A stretch of 64,000 nucleotides of DNA from Candidatus Omnitrophota bacterium (GTDB lineage Bacteria > Omnitrophota > Gorgyraeia > Zapsychrales > Fredricksoniimonadaceae). The notes below the pieces were generated by a model that saw only the letters and a list, made by a program, of their open reading frames with translations, was not told the DNA's origin and made no database searches. Every line of letters begins with the position of its first letter. Position 1 is the stretch's first letter. Positions 18,139-27,969 of this stretch are shown in pieces. The position numbers and the translations under genes were made by a program. The stretch covers positions 990 through 64,989 of the forward strand of contig CAJARJ010000014.1 in assembly GCA_903944345.1 (NCBI GenBank), given 5' to 3'.

Positions 18139-20482
18139 AAGCCATTTCAACCAGTGTCAAACAAAGCTTTTGAAAGTCCATCCCCGCTGCCATCGCCGCT
18201 TTGGGCAGAAGGCTGCTTGAAGTAAAACCGGGAATGGTATTGATCTCAAGAACATACCCGCGATAATCACTGCCCAGCAAAACATCCACCCGGCCAAAAC
18301 CTTCACAGCCAAGAGCCTTGTACGCCGCCAACGCTTCTGACTGAACCTTGAGCGCGACATCTTCCGGGATCTGGGCCGGGACAATATACCGGGTTTCCTG
18401 AGACTGATACTTGGCCTTAAAGTCATAGAAATTCTCCCCCGAGCGGATCTCAACCACCGGCAAAGGATTATTTCCGATAATGCCTACCGTCAATTCCCGT
18501 CCGCGGACAAAAGTCTGGATCAAAACTTCCGCTCCGAATTCAAAAGCCTTGCGAACACCTGAAATCAGACTTTCCCGCCCAAGAACAAGACTCACTCCGA
18601 TACTGGAACCTTCACAGGCAGGCTTGACAACAAAAGGATATTCACCAAGCGCCTGCTCGACTGCCTCGTAATCAAACGCATCCGGAGCGGGAAGAATCAA
18701 AGTCCCGGGGGTTCTGATTCCGGCAGATTCAAACAGCCGCTGGGCAACACATTTGTTAAAAGCGGCATAACTGGACGATGGCCCGCATCCATTGTAGGGG
18801 ATGTCCATTTCATCCAGAATCGATTGTATTCCGCCGTCCTCTCCAAACCTCCCGTGCAAAGCAATAAAAGCGACGTCCAGTCCTTCTCTCTTGATCCATT
18901 CTTTAACCTGATGCCGGTCTTCGGTCAATAAATCCATAGGCACAACCCGGCAACCCGCTTCGGTCAAAGCCTTGATCACCGCAGCCCCGGAACGCAGGGA
19001 AACCTCCCGTTCGGAAGATTTCCCCCCCATGATAACTCCGATCTTCCCCAACTGAGCTGCGGAAAAAGATAATGCCGTGGTTCGAGACTCGGCGGCCAGC
19101 CGTCCGAGCAACTCGTCGGAAACATGAGTAATATCTCCCGCGCCCAGAGTCAATACAAGATCCCCGGGTCTGACCTCTGCTGCCAGCCGATCGACCAGCT
19201 GCTCTTTTTTTAAATAAGAAATATCCCGTACGCCATTATTTTTCATAAGGGTAAACAGCTTCTCTGCCGAAACATCCTCAATCGGCTTTTCCCCTGCGGG
19301 ATAAATATCGGTCAAAAAGACCTTGTCTGCCAGACTAAAGGAAGCCGCAAATTCCTGCATCAGAAACTTTGTCCGGCTGTAGCGATGCGGCTGAAAAGCA
19401 ACCAGCAGTCGTTTGCGATCAAGAGTTTTGGCTGTCTGCAGTGTTGCGGCAATCTCCGTGGGATGATGCCCGTAATCATCCACGACCAGAACTCCCGCAG
19501 CTTCACCTTTACGCTGGAAGCGACGCTGGACGCCGCAGAAATCAGCCAGGGCTTCGGCAATCACCCCGGGCTGAATCTTCAGCTCATTACCGAGCGCAAC
19601 AACTGCCAGAGAATTCAAAACATTGTGCTTTCCGGGAATCCTGAGTGAAAAACGGGAAAAAAACCTGCCCCGATGGTAACAGTCATAGGAGGATCCGGAA
19701 GCGTCACACTGGATATTACCGGCTGTCCAGTCATGCCCTTCGCCAAAACCGTAAGACACCACCCGGCGTCCGCTGGCAGTGACAATCCTGGATAAATTCA
19801 GATCATCGCCACAAGCAATAATAACCCCTCCGGGAACTGTTCTTGCGGCGAAAACGGCATACGCCTCTTTAACCCCGTCAAAAGTGTGATAATGATCCAG
19901 GTGCTCCGCATCAACATTCGTGATAATCGAAAAATGCGGCGAAAAATACAAAAAAGATCCGTCACTTTCGTCAACCTCAGCCACAATATGTCGCCCCATA
20001 CCAAGACTGGCATTATAATTTCCCTGGTTGACAATGCCCCCCACAAACGTGGTTGGCTTCAGTCCGGCCTTGATCAGAAGTAATGAGGCCAATGACGAGG
20101 TTGTGGTCTTGCCGTGTGCCCCGGCCACCGTGATCCCCACCTCCTTGTTGACCAAATGCGCCAATAGCTCGGCCCGGCGCAAAACAGGAACATGCTGGCT
20201 GTGCGCATGAAACATTTCGGGATTATCCATCTTGACTGCCGAGGAATACACAACGCAATCGGCCGATCCGATATTGCGGATATCATGGCCGATATGCACC
20301 CGCGCTCCTTTTTCAGTCAACTGCCGGGTCAGGTCACTTTCTTTCAAATCCGAGCCACTGACCTGATAACCTTTGGCCAGCATTAACAAGGCAAGGTTCC
20401 CCATCCCCATCCCGCCGATACCAATAAAGTGATAATGTTTGTGGGCTTTTTTAGGCTCGCTGCGACCTTCACTCATTTTCAT
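18098..20482 (-). CDS. murC-ddl: Fused UDP-N-acetylmuramate-L-alanine ligase / D-alanine-D-alanine ligase
   Basis: MurC motifs HFIGIGGMGM, GAHGKTTT, EVDESDGSF, DDYGHHPTEI; then Ddl motifs GGKSSEREVSL.SG, LHGRFGEDG, GSSIGV, EINTIPG in one frame. Confidence 0.95.
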   Translation of the reverse strand: MKMSEGRSEPKKAHKHYHFIGIGGMGMGNLALLMLAKGYQVSGSDLKESDLTRQLTEKGARVHIGHDIRNIGSADCVVYSSAVKMDNPEMFHAHSQHVPVLRRAELLAHLVNKEVGITVAGAHGKTTTSSLASLLLIKAGLKPTTFVGGIVNQGNYNASLGMGRHIVAEVDESDGSFLYFSPHFSIITNVDAEHLDHYHTFDGVKEAYAVFAARTVPGGVIIACGDDLNLSRIVTASGRRVVSYGFGEGHDWTAGNIQCDASGSSYDCYHRGRFFSRFSLRIPGKHNVLNSLAVVALGNELKIQPGVIAEALADFCGVQRRFQRKGEAAGVLVVDDYGHHPTEIAATLQTAKTLDRKRLLVAFQPHRYSRTKFLMQEFAASFSLADKVFLTDIYPAGEKPIEDVSAEKLFTLMKNNGVRDISYLKKEQLVDRLAAEVRPGDLVLTLGAGDITHVSDELLGRLAAESRTTALSFSAAQLGKIGVIMGGKSSEREVSLRSGAAVIKALTEAGCRVVPMDLLTEDRHQVKEWIKREGLDVAFIALHGRFGEDGGIQSILDEMDIPYNGCGPSSSYAAFNKCVAQRLFESAGIRTPGTLILPAPDAFDYEAVEQALGEYPFVVKPACEGSSIGVSLVLGRESLISGVRKAFEFGAEVLIQTFVRGRELTVGIIGNNPLPVVEIRSGENFYDFKAKYQSQETRYIVPAQIPEDVALKVQSEALAAYKALGCEGFGRVDVLLGSDYRGYVLEINTIPGFTSSSLLPKAAMAAGMDFQKLCLTLVEMAYGKKKERSAAALR

Positions 20483-20531
20483 GACAACTTTTCTCCATAG
20501 ACATAATCATTTCCAAATGCTTCCTTGCGGA

Positions 20532-21632
20532 TCATTCCGGCACAGCTTGTCCTGCCCGGGCGCACGAAAGTATCTCATCCGCCAGTTTTTGCCCCGGATC
20601 AGGATAAAATTCATCGATAACACTGTTTTGAAGAATTTGGCTGGAATGCGTCAGCGCCAGTACCTTGAAAATCTTATCTCCAAGGATAGCCGAACTCAAG
20701 AACTTTTCCTCAATTATTGCAGTTGCCTGCCTGCGCTCAAGAACACAGGCATTCATCCACTGATGATGGCCGGCACCAGGAAACGGAACAAGAACCGCAG
20801 GCACCCCCAGAACGCCCAGCTCGGTCACAGTTCCCGCACCGGCGCGGGTAACGGCGCAATCACAGGCCGCATAAGCCTCGTCAATATTGGCGATAAAAGG
20901 CCGTACGCAAGAAGGCTTTCCCAGATCATGATACTTCTTTTGATAAAAAGAATATTCCGTCTGTCCGCAAGATAAAATCACCTGAAAAGATTTCTCCGGG
21001 GGCAAGGAAGAGTACATCTCAAAAAAACACTCGTTGATACGCCGACTGCCCTGGCTGCCGCCAAAGACCAGAACCACTTTCTGCGCAGGATCAAGATTGA
21101 AACGGCGCACCGCATCCGCCCGGCTTAAAGATGTGTCGAACGAACGTACCGGAGTACCGGTCCAGACTGTTTTTGCGCGAGGGAAATATTCAAGTCCGGC
21201 ACGAAACCCTACGCATACTTTGCTGACAAATCCGGCCAACAGCCTGTTCGCTGATCCGGGAACAACATTCTGCTCATGGATTATCGTCGGAACAAAATGC
21301 AGGAGTCCGGCCAGAACCGCCGGGAATGAACTGTAGCCGCCAAAACCAATCACCACATCCGGCCTGAAACGCCCGATCACCCGCGCCGACCTAAGAACGC
21401 CCCTTACCATCATTCCGACAGACAAAAACTTGTCAGTGACCTTTTTGGCAACAAATCCCCTGGCAGGAACAATTTCAAACAAAAAACCGCGCTGACGCAA
21501 AACAGCTTCTGCCGAACCAAGCGCCCCAACGAAAAAGACATCAACGCCGCGACGACGCAACTCTTCGGCAACAAAAACAGCGGGATAAATATGCCCGCCT
21601 GTCCCTCCGGTGGCAATCAAAACTCTGGCCAT
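20532..21632 (-). CDS. murG: Lipid II GlcNAc transferase MurG
   Basis: GGTGGHIYP, HEQN, GGSQG, RAGAGT. Confidence 0.96.
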   Translation of the reverse strand: MARVLIATGGTGGHIYPAVFVAEELRRRGVDVFFVGALGSAEAVLRQRGFLFEIVPARGFVAKKVTDKFLSVGMMVRGVLRSARVIGRFRPDVVIGFGGYSSFPAVLAGLLHFVPTIIHEQNVVPGSANRLLAGFVSKVCVGFRAGLEYFPRAKTVWTGTPVRSFDTSLSRADAVRRFNLDPAQKVVLVFGGSQGSRRINECFFEMYSSLPPEKSFQVILSCGQTEYSFYQKKYHDLGKPSCVRPFIANIDEAYAACDCAVTRAGAGTVTELGVLGVPAVLVPFPGAGHHQWMNACVLERRQATAIIEEKFLSSAILGDKIFKVLALTHSSQILQNSVIDEFYPDPGQKLADEILSCARAGQAVPE

Positions 21633-21636
21633 AAAC

Positions 21637-22731
21637 TTAACCCCCCAGATCCTGCGCTCGGGAAACATTCAAGACAAGACCAACAATCGTCATATTAAAT
21701 ATCAGGGCCGATCCGCCATAACTGATGAAAGGCAACGGCAGTCCTTTAGTCGGTAAAGCACCTATGCTGACCCCGAAGTTAACCAGAACCTGGATAGAGA
21801 TCATAATCATGATCCCCAGACAAAGATAATACCCGAAAGGCTCATGGGTATTGCGAATAATTCTTGTTCCATACCAGATAAAAAGCGTAAAAAGAATAAT
21901 GACTGTCATAACTCCTAGGAATCCCAGTTCCTCGCCGATAATCGCAAAAATGAAATCCGTGTGCGCCGCAGGAAGATAAAACAACTTTTGTACACTTTTG
22001 CCAAGGCCGACACCCCAGAGTCCCCCGGATCCAAGAGCGATCTGGGACTGTGATAACTGAAAGCCTGCCCCCAAAGGATCACTCCAGGGATCAAGAAAAG
22101 CCACCACCCGCCGCAAACGGTACGGTGCCGAAATAATCAAGGCGGCCGCAACCGGCAACGCCATCAGAAAAATCCCCAGCAAGTGGGCTTTCTTTCCTCC
22201 AGCCAGACAAAGCATCATAAGCGCAATTGTAAACACCAAAACAGTATTGCCCATATCCGGCTGCTTGATGATCAAGCCACAGAGCAGTCCGGTCACAATC
22301 ATAACCGGAAGAAAGCCTTTTTTGAAACTGCGCAGGCATTCCTGTCTTCTGGTAAGAAAGTCCGCCATATAAAGAATCAGGGCAATTTTGGCAAACTCTG
22401 AAGGCTGGAAATTAATCGGCCCGAGACTAAACCAGCGTCGGGCTCCGGAAGAAATTCTTCCTATACCAGGCACCAGCACCAGAACAAGCAGCCCAATAGC
22501 AACCAGCAGAATCAATCTTGAATGCTTCTGCAGATCCCGATAATCCACAATCATCGCAATCCACATCATGACACTCCCGATCAGCATAAACATCAAATGC
22601 CGGGTCAGAAAATGCGAAGAATTTTTCATGACCTCCTGAGCGTAAATCGCGCTGGAACTGTAAATCATAACCGTTCCCAGCGCGAGCAAAACGCAAAAAA
22701 CCATGAAAAAACGGATACGAATATCCCGCAT
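21637..22731 (-). CDS. ftsW: SEDS peptidoglycan polymerase FtsW
   Basis: GARRW, QPSEFAK, QPD.G, HTDFIF, LPFISYGGS. Confidence 0.96.
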   Translation of the reverse strand: MRDIRIRFFMVFCVLLALGTVMIYSSSAIYAQEVMKNSSHFLTRHLMFMLIGSVMMWIAMIVDYRDLQKHSRLILLVAIGLLVLVLVPGIGRISSGARRWFSLGPINFQPSEFAKIALILYMADFLTRRQECLRSFKKGFLPVMIVTGLLCGLIIKQPDMGNTVLVFTIALMMLCLAGGKKAHLLGIFLMALPVAAALIISAPYRLRRVVAFLDPWSDPLGAGFQLSQSQIALGSGGLWGVGLGKSVQKLFYLPAAHTDFIFAIIGEELGFLGVMTVIILFTLFIWYGTRIIRNTHEPFGYYLCLGIMIMISIQVLVNFGVSIGALPTKGLPLPFISYGGSALIFNMTIVGLVLNVSRAQDLGG

Positions 22732-22740
22732 AAGTCCTCT

Positions 22741-23994
22741 CTACAAACTATTAACAACATCCTTGAACACTCGTCCACGCTGTTCAAAATTGTCAAACAT
22801 ATCGTAACTGGCAAACATCGGACTGAGCAATACCTTCTGCCCGGCTGCGGCATGCCGTCGGGCAGCCAAAACAGCAGCGGACATGTCCGTATATTCTTCC
22901 AGCGGCACCACCCCTTCGAAGGCCTCGCGCAAAGTTTTGCGCACCGCATCTTCCCTGGTCAGAACGATCATCACTTTGACCGTCGCCCGCACCAGCTCTC
23001 GTAATCCGCGATAATCCATACCCTTGTCATGCCCGCCGCAAATAAGAACCAGTGGCCCGGGAGTGTTCGCCAGCGCCCAGCGCCCCGATTCAACGGTGGT
23101 GGACTTTGAATCATTGATATACTCAACGCCGTCCAACAACCTGACTTTTTCCAAGCGGTGTTCAACGCCCGCAAAGGAATCAAAAACACCACGGGCGACC
23201 TCGGCAGTCACTCCAAAAATTCTGCCTACAGCCGCGGCAGCCGTCTGGTTGGGATTCCCCTTTTCTTCAGGAGCATTAAAATACCGGATTCCGGCCTTTA
23301 GACCTTCCGGCAAACCGCGGGACCATTCATCCTGAGCATTGATCAAGGCATAATCAGAAGACTCCTGGTTACGAAAAATCTTCTTCTTGGCCTCGAAATA
23401 ATCCTGCATGTCCGGATGCCGGTCAAGATGGTTCTGGCTGAAATTGGTGATCAAGGCCACATACGGACGAAAAGTTTCTGTCAATTCCAGCTGAAAAGAG
23501 CTGATCTCGACCACAAACACATCAAACTGATCACCGGAAACATACTGCGAGAACGGCTGGCCAATATTCCCGCACAAACAAACTTTTTTCCCCCCGGCCT
23601 CAAGTACCCTGGCAATCAGGGTCACTGTCGTGGTTTTCCCGTTGCTTCCGGTAACCGCAACCACCGGTTTACGGCAAAAACGCCAGGCAAATTCAATCTC
23701 CCCGATCACGGGAATGCTTTGGGCACGCGCCCACTGCAGCGCGAGCGCGTCACGCCAGACTCCCGGACTGGCCACAACATAATCACTGGCCTGAATAAAA
23801 GCCGGAGTGTGCCCCCCGCTTTCAATCTGAACCCGGCTGCGATCCCTCAGCCCTTTTAAAGCCGCTTCCAGTTCACTTAACGGTCTAGTATCCGTTATAC
23901 GCACATCCGCCCCGGACGCAAGGGCAAGGTTGGCGGCAGCAATTCCGCTACGCGCGGCTCCCACAATAGTTACAATCCTGTTGTGCAAATCCAT
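22741..23994 (-). CDS. murD: UDP-MurNAc-L-Ala-D-glutamate ligase
   Basis: TGSNGKTT, EISSFQL, HLDRH, EHRLE, INDSKST, LLSP..ASYDMF. Confidence 0.96.
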   Translation of the reverse strand: MDLHNRIVTIVGAARSGIAAANLALASGADVRITDTRPLSELEAALKGLRDRSRVQIESGGHTPAFIQASDYVVASPGVWRDALALQWARAQSIPVIGEIEFAWRFCRKPVVAVTGSNGKTTTVTLIARVLEAGGKKVCLCGNIGQPFSQYVSGDQFDVFVVEISSFQLELTETFRPYVALITNFSQNHLDRHPDMQDYFEAKKKIFRNQESSDYALINAQDEWSRGLPEGLKAGIRYFNAPEEKGNPNQTAAAAVGRIFGVTAEVARGVFDSFAGVEHRLEKVRLLDGVEYINDSKSTTVESGRWALANTPGPLVLICGGHDKGMDYRGLRELVRATVKVMIVLTREDAVRKTLREAFEGVVPLEEYTDMSAAVLAARRHAAAGQKVLLSPMFASYDMFDNFEQRGRVFKDVVNSL

Positions 23995-24028
23995 AAAACC
24001 TTCCCGCCTGATTTTGCCTGGACTTCTA

Positions 24029-25123
24029 CTAACGTATCTTCAGGGTTGTCAACGTCAGTAAAACCAGAATAATACCCACTATCCAAAAACGTATTACGAT
24101 TTTCGATTCCTTCCAGTTCAGCTTTTGTAAATGATGATGAAAAGGAGAGCACAAAAAAATACGCTTGCCTGTCAGCTTGAAGGATGTGACCTGCATAATA
24201 ACCGACAAAGCCTCCCAGACGAAAACACCGCCCAAAATCCCCAGAAGCATTTCTTTCTTGATAAAAACAGCAATAATTCCCAGAGTGCCCCCCAGAGAGA
24301 GCGCTCCAACATCCCCCATAAAAACCGATGCGGGATGACAATTAAACCACAGAAAACCCAGACTGGCACCGATAATTGCAGTACAAAACACCGTCAGCTC
24401 ACCCGCATTGGGAATATAGGGAATAAAAAGATACTGACTAAAAGCAATATGTCCTGTTATATAAGCCAAAATGCTCAGTGCTATCGCCACCATCAGTGTG
24501 CATCCAATGGCCAACCCGTCCAGGCCATCCGTCAGATTAACAGCATTGGACGTTCCAACAACAATCAGCATAACGAGAATAATATAGCCCGCCCCCAAAT
24601 CAACCACCATCTTCTTCATGAAAGGGATATCGAGGGTTGTATCAACATGCAACTGGGTATACAAATACAAACTTACAATCGCCGCCAAAAGAACCTGCCA
24701 GATAATCTTGGTACGGGAACTCATCCCGTTCTTGTTGATGCCGGAAATTTTCAGATAATCATCAAAGAAGCCCACCACCGCCAGCCAGATCATGGTCACC
24801 AGCGTCAAAAGAATGTATGGATTGGATAAGTCTGCCCATAGAAGAACCGACACGGCAATACTACCGATAATCAGTATCCCTCCCATCGTGGGTGTCCCCT
24901 GCTTGGACTGATAATGTGCCGCGCCCAACGCAGCCTCACGTCCCCCGCCAGTCACCGGCTTTTCGCCTAAATTCCATTCCTTAAGCTTACGGATAAACCA
25001 CGGACCGATTACAACACACAGAAGAAATGTAGTCACCGCAGCCATGCCGGCACGAAATGTAATATACTTGAAAATATTCAAAGGAAAAAACTCAAAGCGA
25101 AACTGCGAAAGCCAATAAAGCAT
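24029..25123 (-). CDS. mraY: Phospho-N-acetylmuramoyl-pentapeptide transferase
   Basis: GTPTMGG, DDY, NAVNLTDGLDGLA, FMGDVG, PFHHH. Confidence 0.97.
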   Translation of the reverse strand: MLYWLSQFRFEFFPLNIFKYITFRAGMAAVTTFLLCVVIGPWFIRKLKEWNLGEKPVTGGGREAALGAAHYQSKQGTPTMGGILIIGSIAVSVLLWADLSNPYILLTLVTMIWLAVVGFFDDYLKISGINKNGMSSRTKIIWQVLLAAIVSLYLYTQLHVDTTLDIPFMKKMVVDLGAGYIILVMLIVVGTSNAVNLTDGLDGLAIGCTLMVAIALSILAYITGHIAFSQYLFIPYIPNAGELTVFCTAIIGASLGFLWFNCHPASVFMGDVGALSLGGTLGIIAVFIKKEMLLGILGGVFVWEALSVIMQVTSFKLTGKRIFLCSPFHHHLQKLNWKESKIVIRFWIVGIILVLLTLTTLKIR

Positions 25124-25126
25124 ACG

Positions 25127-26494
25127 CTATCCTTTCAGGAACAAAAGCAGATCCTTAACCACATTCTCCATCTTCATCCCGCGCGAACCTTTAACCAGAA
25201 CCGCATCCCCCGAACGGACATTCTCGCGTAAAAATGACAAAACCTCCTGCTGATCAGAACAGGAAACAACCCGGGTCTGTCCAGCGCCCTGCACAGCCCC
25301 TTGGGCGATATGTCGGGCCAGATTCCCGCAAGTCAAAAGAATATCAATCTTCCTGTCGGTCACGAATTCTCCGGCCTGTCGATGCAGATCTTGCGCTCCA
25401 GATCCCAATTCCAGCATATCAGCCGCCACCAGAATCGAGCGCGCGGGTCTTAGCATCTGCAGTGTACACACAGCATTCCTGAAAGAAACCGGATTGGCGT
25501 TATAGGCATCATCGATAACCGTCACACGCCCGGCACGGTGAAAGCACTGCCGCCCCGCCGGAGCACGGAAACGCAGCAACCCGCGGCGTATCTCGGAAAA
25601 AGGAATCTTCATCTCCCGGGCACAGGCGATCGCCGCCAAGGCATTATACAGGTTTCCGGGAACAGGGTCCTTCAGACGAAAAGCCTCTTTCCCCACACAA
25701 AAAGCCAGACCTTTGCGGCTGATTTCAACCTTTGTCGCCCGGATATCAGAAGGCTTGTCCACCGAGAACGTCACAGTTCTTAACGATGAAAACATCCCGG
25801 GCAGCCGAAATAAGCGGGCATCATCATTATTGACCACTAATAATCCTCCGGCGCGCACATACGCGGCCAGAGCCGCTTTCTCCTGAAAAACCCCGTCAGG
25901 AGAACCCAACCCTTCCAGATGCGATGGCCCGACATTGGTAAAAACCGCCACATCCGGCTCGACAATAGCCGCCAGACGGGCAATCTCGCCATGATGATTG
26001 GTTCCGGCCTCGATTACAGCCGCCTGATGCAAGGACTTCATTTTAAGCAGGGTTGCAGGCACCCCTATATGATTATTTTCTGTCCCTTTGTTAAACAGAA
26101 CGCGAAAGCGCGTCCCAAGAACAGCAGCGATCATTTCTTTGGTGGTGGTCTTTCCTGCACTTCCTGTCACCGCACAAATCCGGACACGGGAAAAGCTCTT
26201 CCGGTAAAACCGTGCCAGATCCCCGTAAGCCAGTACAGTATCCTTGACCGCAATCGCTACAACTCCAGCAGGAACAGGACAATTCCGGTCACTGATCAGC
26301 AGCGCCACCGCCCCGCCGGCAACAGCCTGGGCAAGGAAACAATGAGCATCAAAATGTTCGCCTTTAATCGCAACAAAAAGATCTCCTTTGCGGATATCGC
26401 GCGTATCTGTTGCTATCCGCCTGATCCGGATATCCGCCCCCCCCTGCAACAACTCTCCTGCAGTCGCCTGAAGGACTTCGCCTGCCGTCAGCAT
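25127..26494 (-). CDS. murF: UDP-MurNAc-tripeptide-D-Ala-D-Ala ligase
   Basis: TGSAGKTTTK, NNHIGVP, DDAYNANP, VLVKGSRG. Confidence 0.96.
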   Translation of the reverse strand: MLTAGEVLQATAGELLQGGADIRIRRIATDTRDIRKGDLFVAIKGEHFDAHCFLAQAVAGGAVALLISDRNCPVPAGVVAIAVKDTVLAYGDLARFYRKSFSRVRICAVTGSAGKTTTKEMIAAVLGTRFRVLFNKGTENNHIGVPATLLKMKSLHQAAVIEAGTNHHGEIARLAAIVEPDVAVFTNVGPSHLEGLGSPDGVFQEKAALAAYVRAGGLLVVNNDDARLFRLPGMFSSLRTVTFSVDKPSDIRATKVEISRKGLAFCVGKEAFRLKDPVPGNLYNALAAIACAREMKIPFSEIRRGLLRFRAPAGRQCFHRAGRVTVIDDAYNANPVSFRNAVCTLQMLRPARSILVAADMLELGSGAQDLHRQAGEFVTDRKIDILLTCGNLARHIAQGAVQGAGQTRVVSCSDQQEVLSFLRENVRSGDAVLVKGSRGMKMENVVKDLLLFLKG

Positions 26495-27969
26495 AAAACC
26501 TTTCCGTCCTGCCGCAAGCGCTTGCCGAGGAAACAGGACACAACAGAACTTTCCACAAAATCCAGCGTTTTATCTTTGAAAATCTGATAAGTTTCATGCC
26601 CTTTCCCGGCGAGCAGGACAATATCGTTCCTGCCGGCCATGGCCAGTGCCCGCTCAATGGCCTGCTGACGGTCTGGCTCAACTTCGTAATTCTCCCGGCT
26701 GAAACCAGGCAGGATTTCCTCAATAATAGCCAGCGGATCCTCGTTACGGGGATTATCCGAAGTAATGATGCAATAATCCGCCATCTCACCGGCCACACGC
26801 CCCATACGCGGACGTTTGGTCCGATCCCGGTCACCTCCGCAACCAAAAACAAGAATGAGACGATTATGCGCAACCCCCTTAAGACATTGCAAAACGTTAC
26901 GCAGACCATCATCCGTATGCGCGTAATCAATGTAAACACCAAAATCCTGTCCACAGTCAACCGGTTCCAGTCGTCCGGGAACATGTGCCAGCATATTGAT
27001 GCCCCGGCAAAGAACATCCAGCGAAAAACCTTCCGCCAGGCCGGCAGAGAATGCGGCCAGAATATTATAGATATTATGCTGACCTATAAAGGTGGTTTTG
27101 ACCTCGCATTCCCGGCCAAAAGCTTTGACCAGCAGACGGGTTCCCTTGAGACCAATCTCGCGCACCTCGGCGGTAATGTCCGCGGCAGAATGCAGGGCAT
27201 AAGAAATAACCCTCGCCCGGGTCAAGTTGCAAAGGCGGATTGCATAAGGATCATCATTATTGATCACCGCATAAGCATCCTCACTCAAAGACCGGAACAA
27301 AAGACTTTTGGCTGTAAAATATTCTTCCATTGTTCCGTGATAATCCAGATGGTCTCCGGTAAGATTGGTAAAAATGGCACCACAAAAATCAATCATATCC
27401 ACCCGTCCCTGAGCCAGGGCATGGGATGAAACTTCCATAACAGAATAAAGGATATTCTGAGTCGAAAGTGTGTGCAGAAACATCTGATTGTCCAGCATCC
27501 CGGGAGTGGTATTCTTCGCGGGCGAAACTTTTCCGCCTATACGGCAATTGACCGTTCCCGTAACGCCACAGGAGTGTCCTGCGGCGTTTAAAATCGACTC
27601 CAGCAGATAGGTAACAGTTGTCTTGCCATTAGTTCCCGTAACGCCAAGCACCCTGACCTGTCCGGAAGGCCTTGCGTAAAAACGCAATAATATCTGCTTA
27701 AACGCTTCGCGAGGATCTTCGACCGGAACCAACAGTGCCTGCGGATAGCTTTCCGAAAGAGAACGTGCCGTACGGCTATCAGCCAGCAAAACCGCTGCGC
27801 CTCGCTCCAGACCCTGACCGGCAAAATGTTCCGCACCCCGCATCAAAACCAGCAGGGATCCAGACATGACCCTCCGGGAATCATCCCACACGGAAGGAAC
27901 GCTGAGCGCTGGCAATCCGGCAATGACAGCCGGATCGGCCAGGCCAGACAAAAGTTCCCGCAAATTCAT
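26488..27969 (-). CDS. murE: UDP-MurNAc-dipeptide-meso-DAP ligase
   Basis: TGTNGKTT, MEVSSH, DHLDYH, DYAHT, DNPR (meso-DAP type), GKGHE. Confidence 0.96.
   Translation of the reverse strand: MNLRELLSGLADPAVIAGLPALSVPSVWDDSRRVMSGSLLVLMRGAEHFAGQGLERGAAVLLADSRTARSLSESYPQALLVPVEDPREAFKQILLRFYARPSGQVRVLGVTGTNGKTTVTYLLESILNAAGHSCGVTGTVNCRIGGKVSPAKNTTPGMLDNQMFLHTLSTQNILYSVMEVSSHALAQGRVDMIDFCGAIFTNLTGDHLDYHGTMEEYFTAKSLLFRSLSEDAYAVINNDDPYAIRLCNLTRARVISYALHSAADITAEVREIGLKGTRLLVKAFGRECEVKTTFIGQHNIYNILAAFSAGLAEGFSLDVLCRGINMLAHVPGRLEPVDCGQDFGVYIDYAHTDDGLRNVLQCLKGVAHNRLILVFGCGGDRDRTKRPRMGRVAGEMADYCIITSDNPRNEDPLAIIEEILPGFSRENYEVEPDRQQAIERALAMAGRNDIVLLAGKGHETYQIFKDKTLDFVESSVVSCFLGKRLRQDGKVLC

Noticed and set aside
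18098-19060. D-Ala-D-Lac (glycopeptide-resistance type) ligase
   Set aside because: The omega loop FYDFKAKY keeps the terminal Tyr typical of D-Ala-D-Ala ligases.
17425-27429. Long antisense ORFs (e.g. 17425-18225, 24131-24829, 26596-27429)
   Set aside because: They lie opposite well-supported dcw genes and have no motifs; expected shadow frames.
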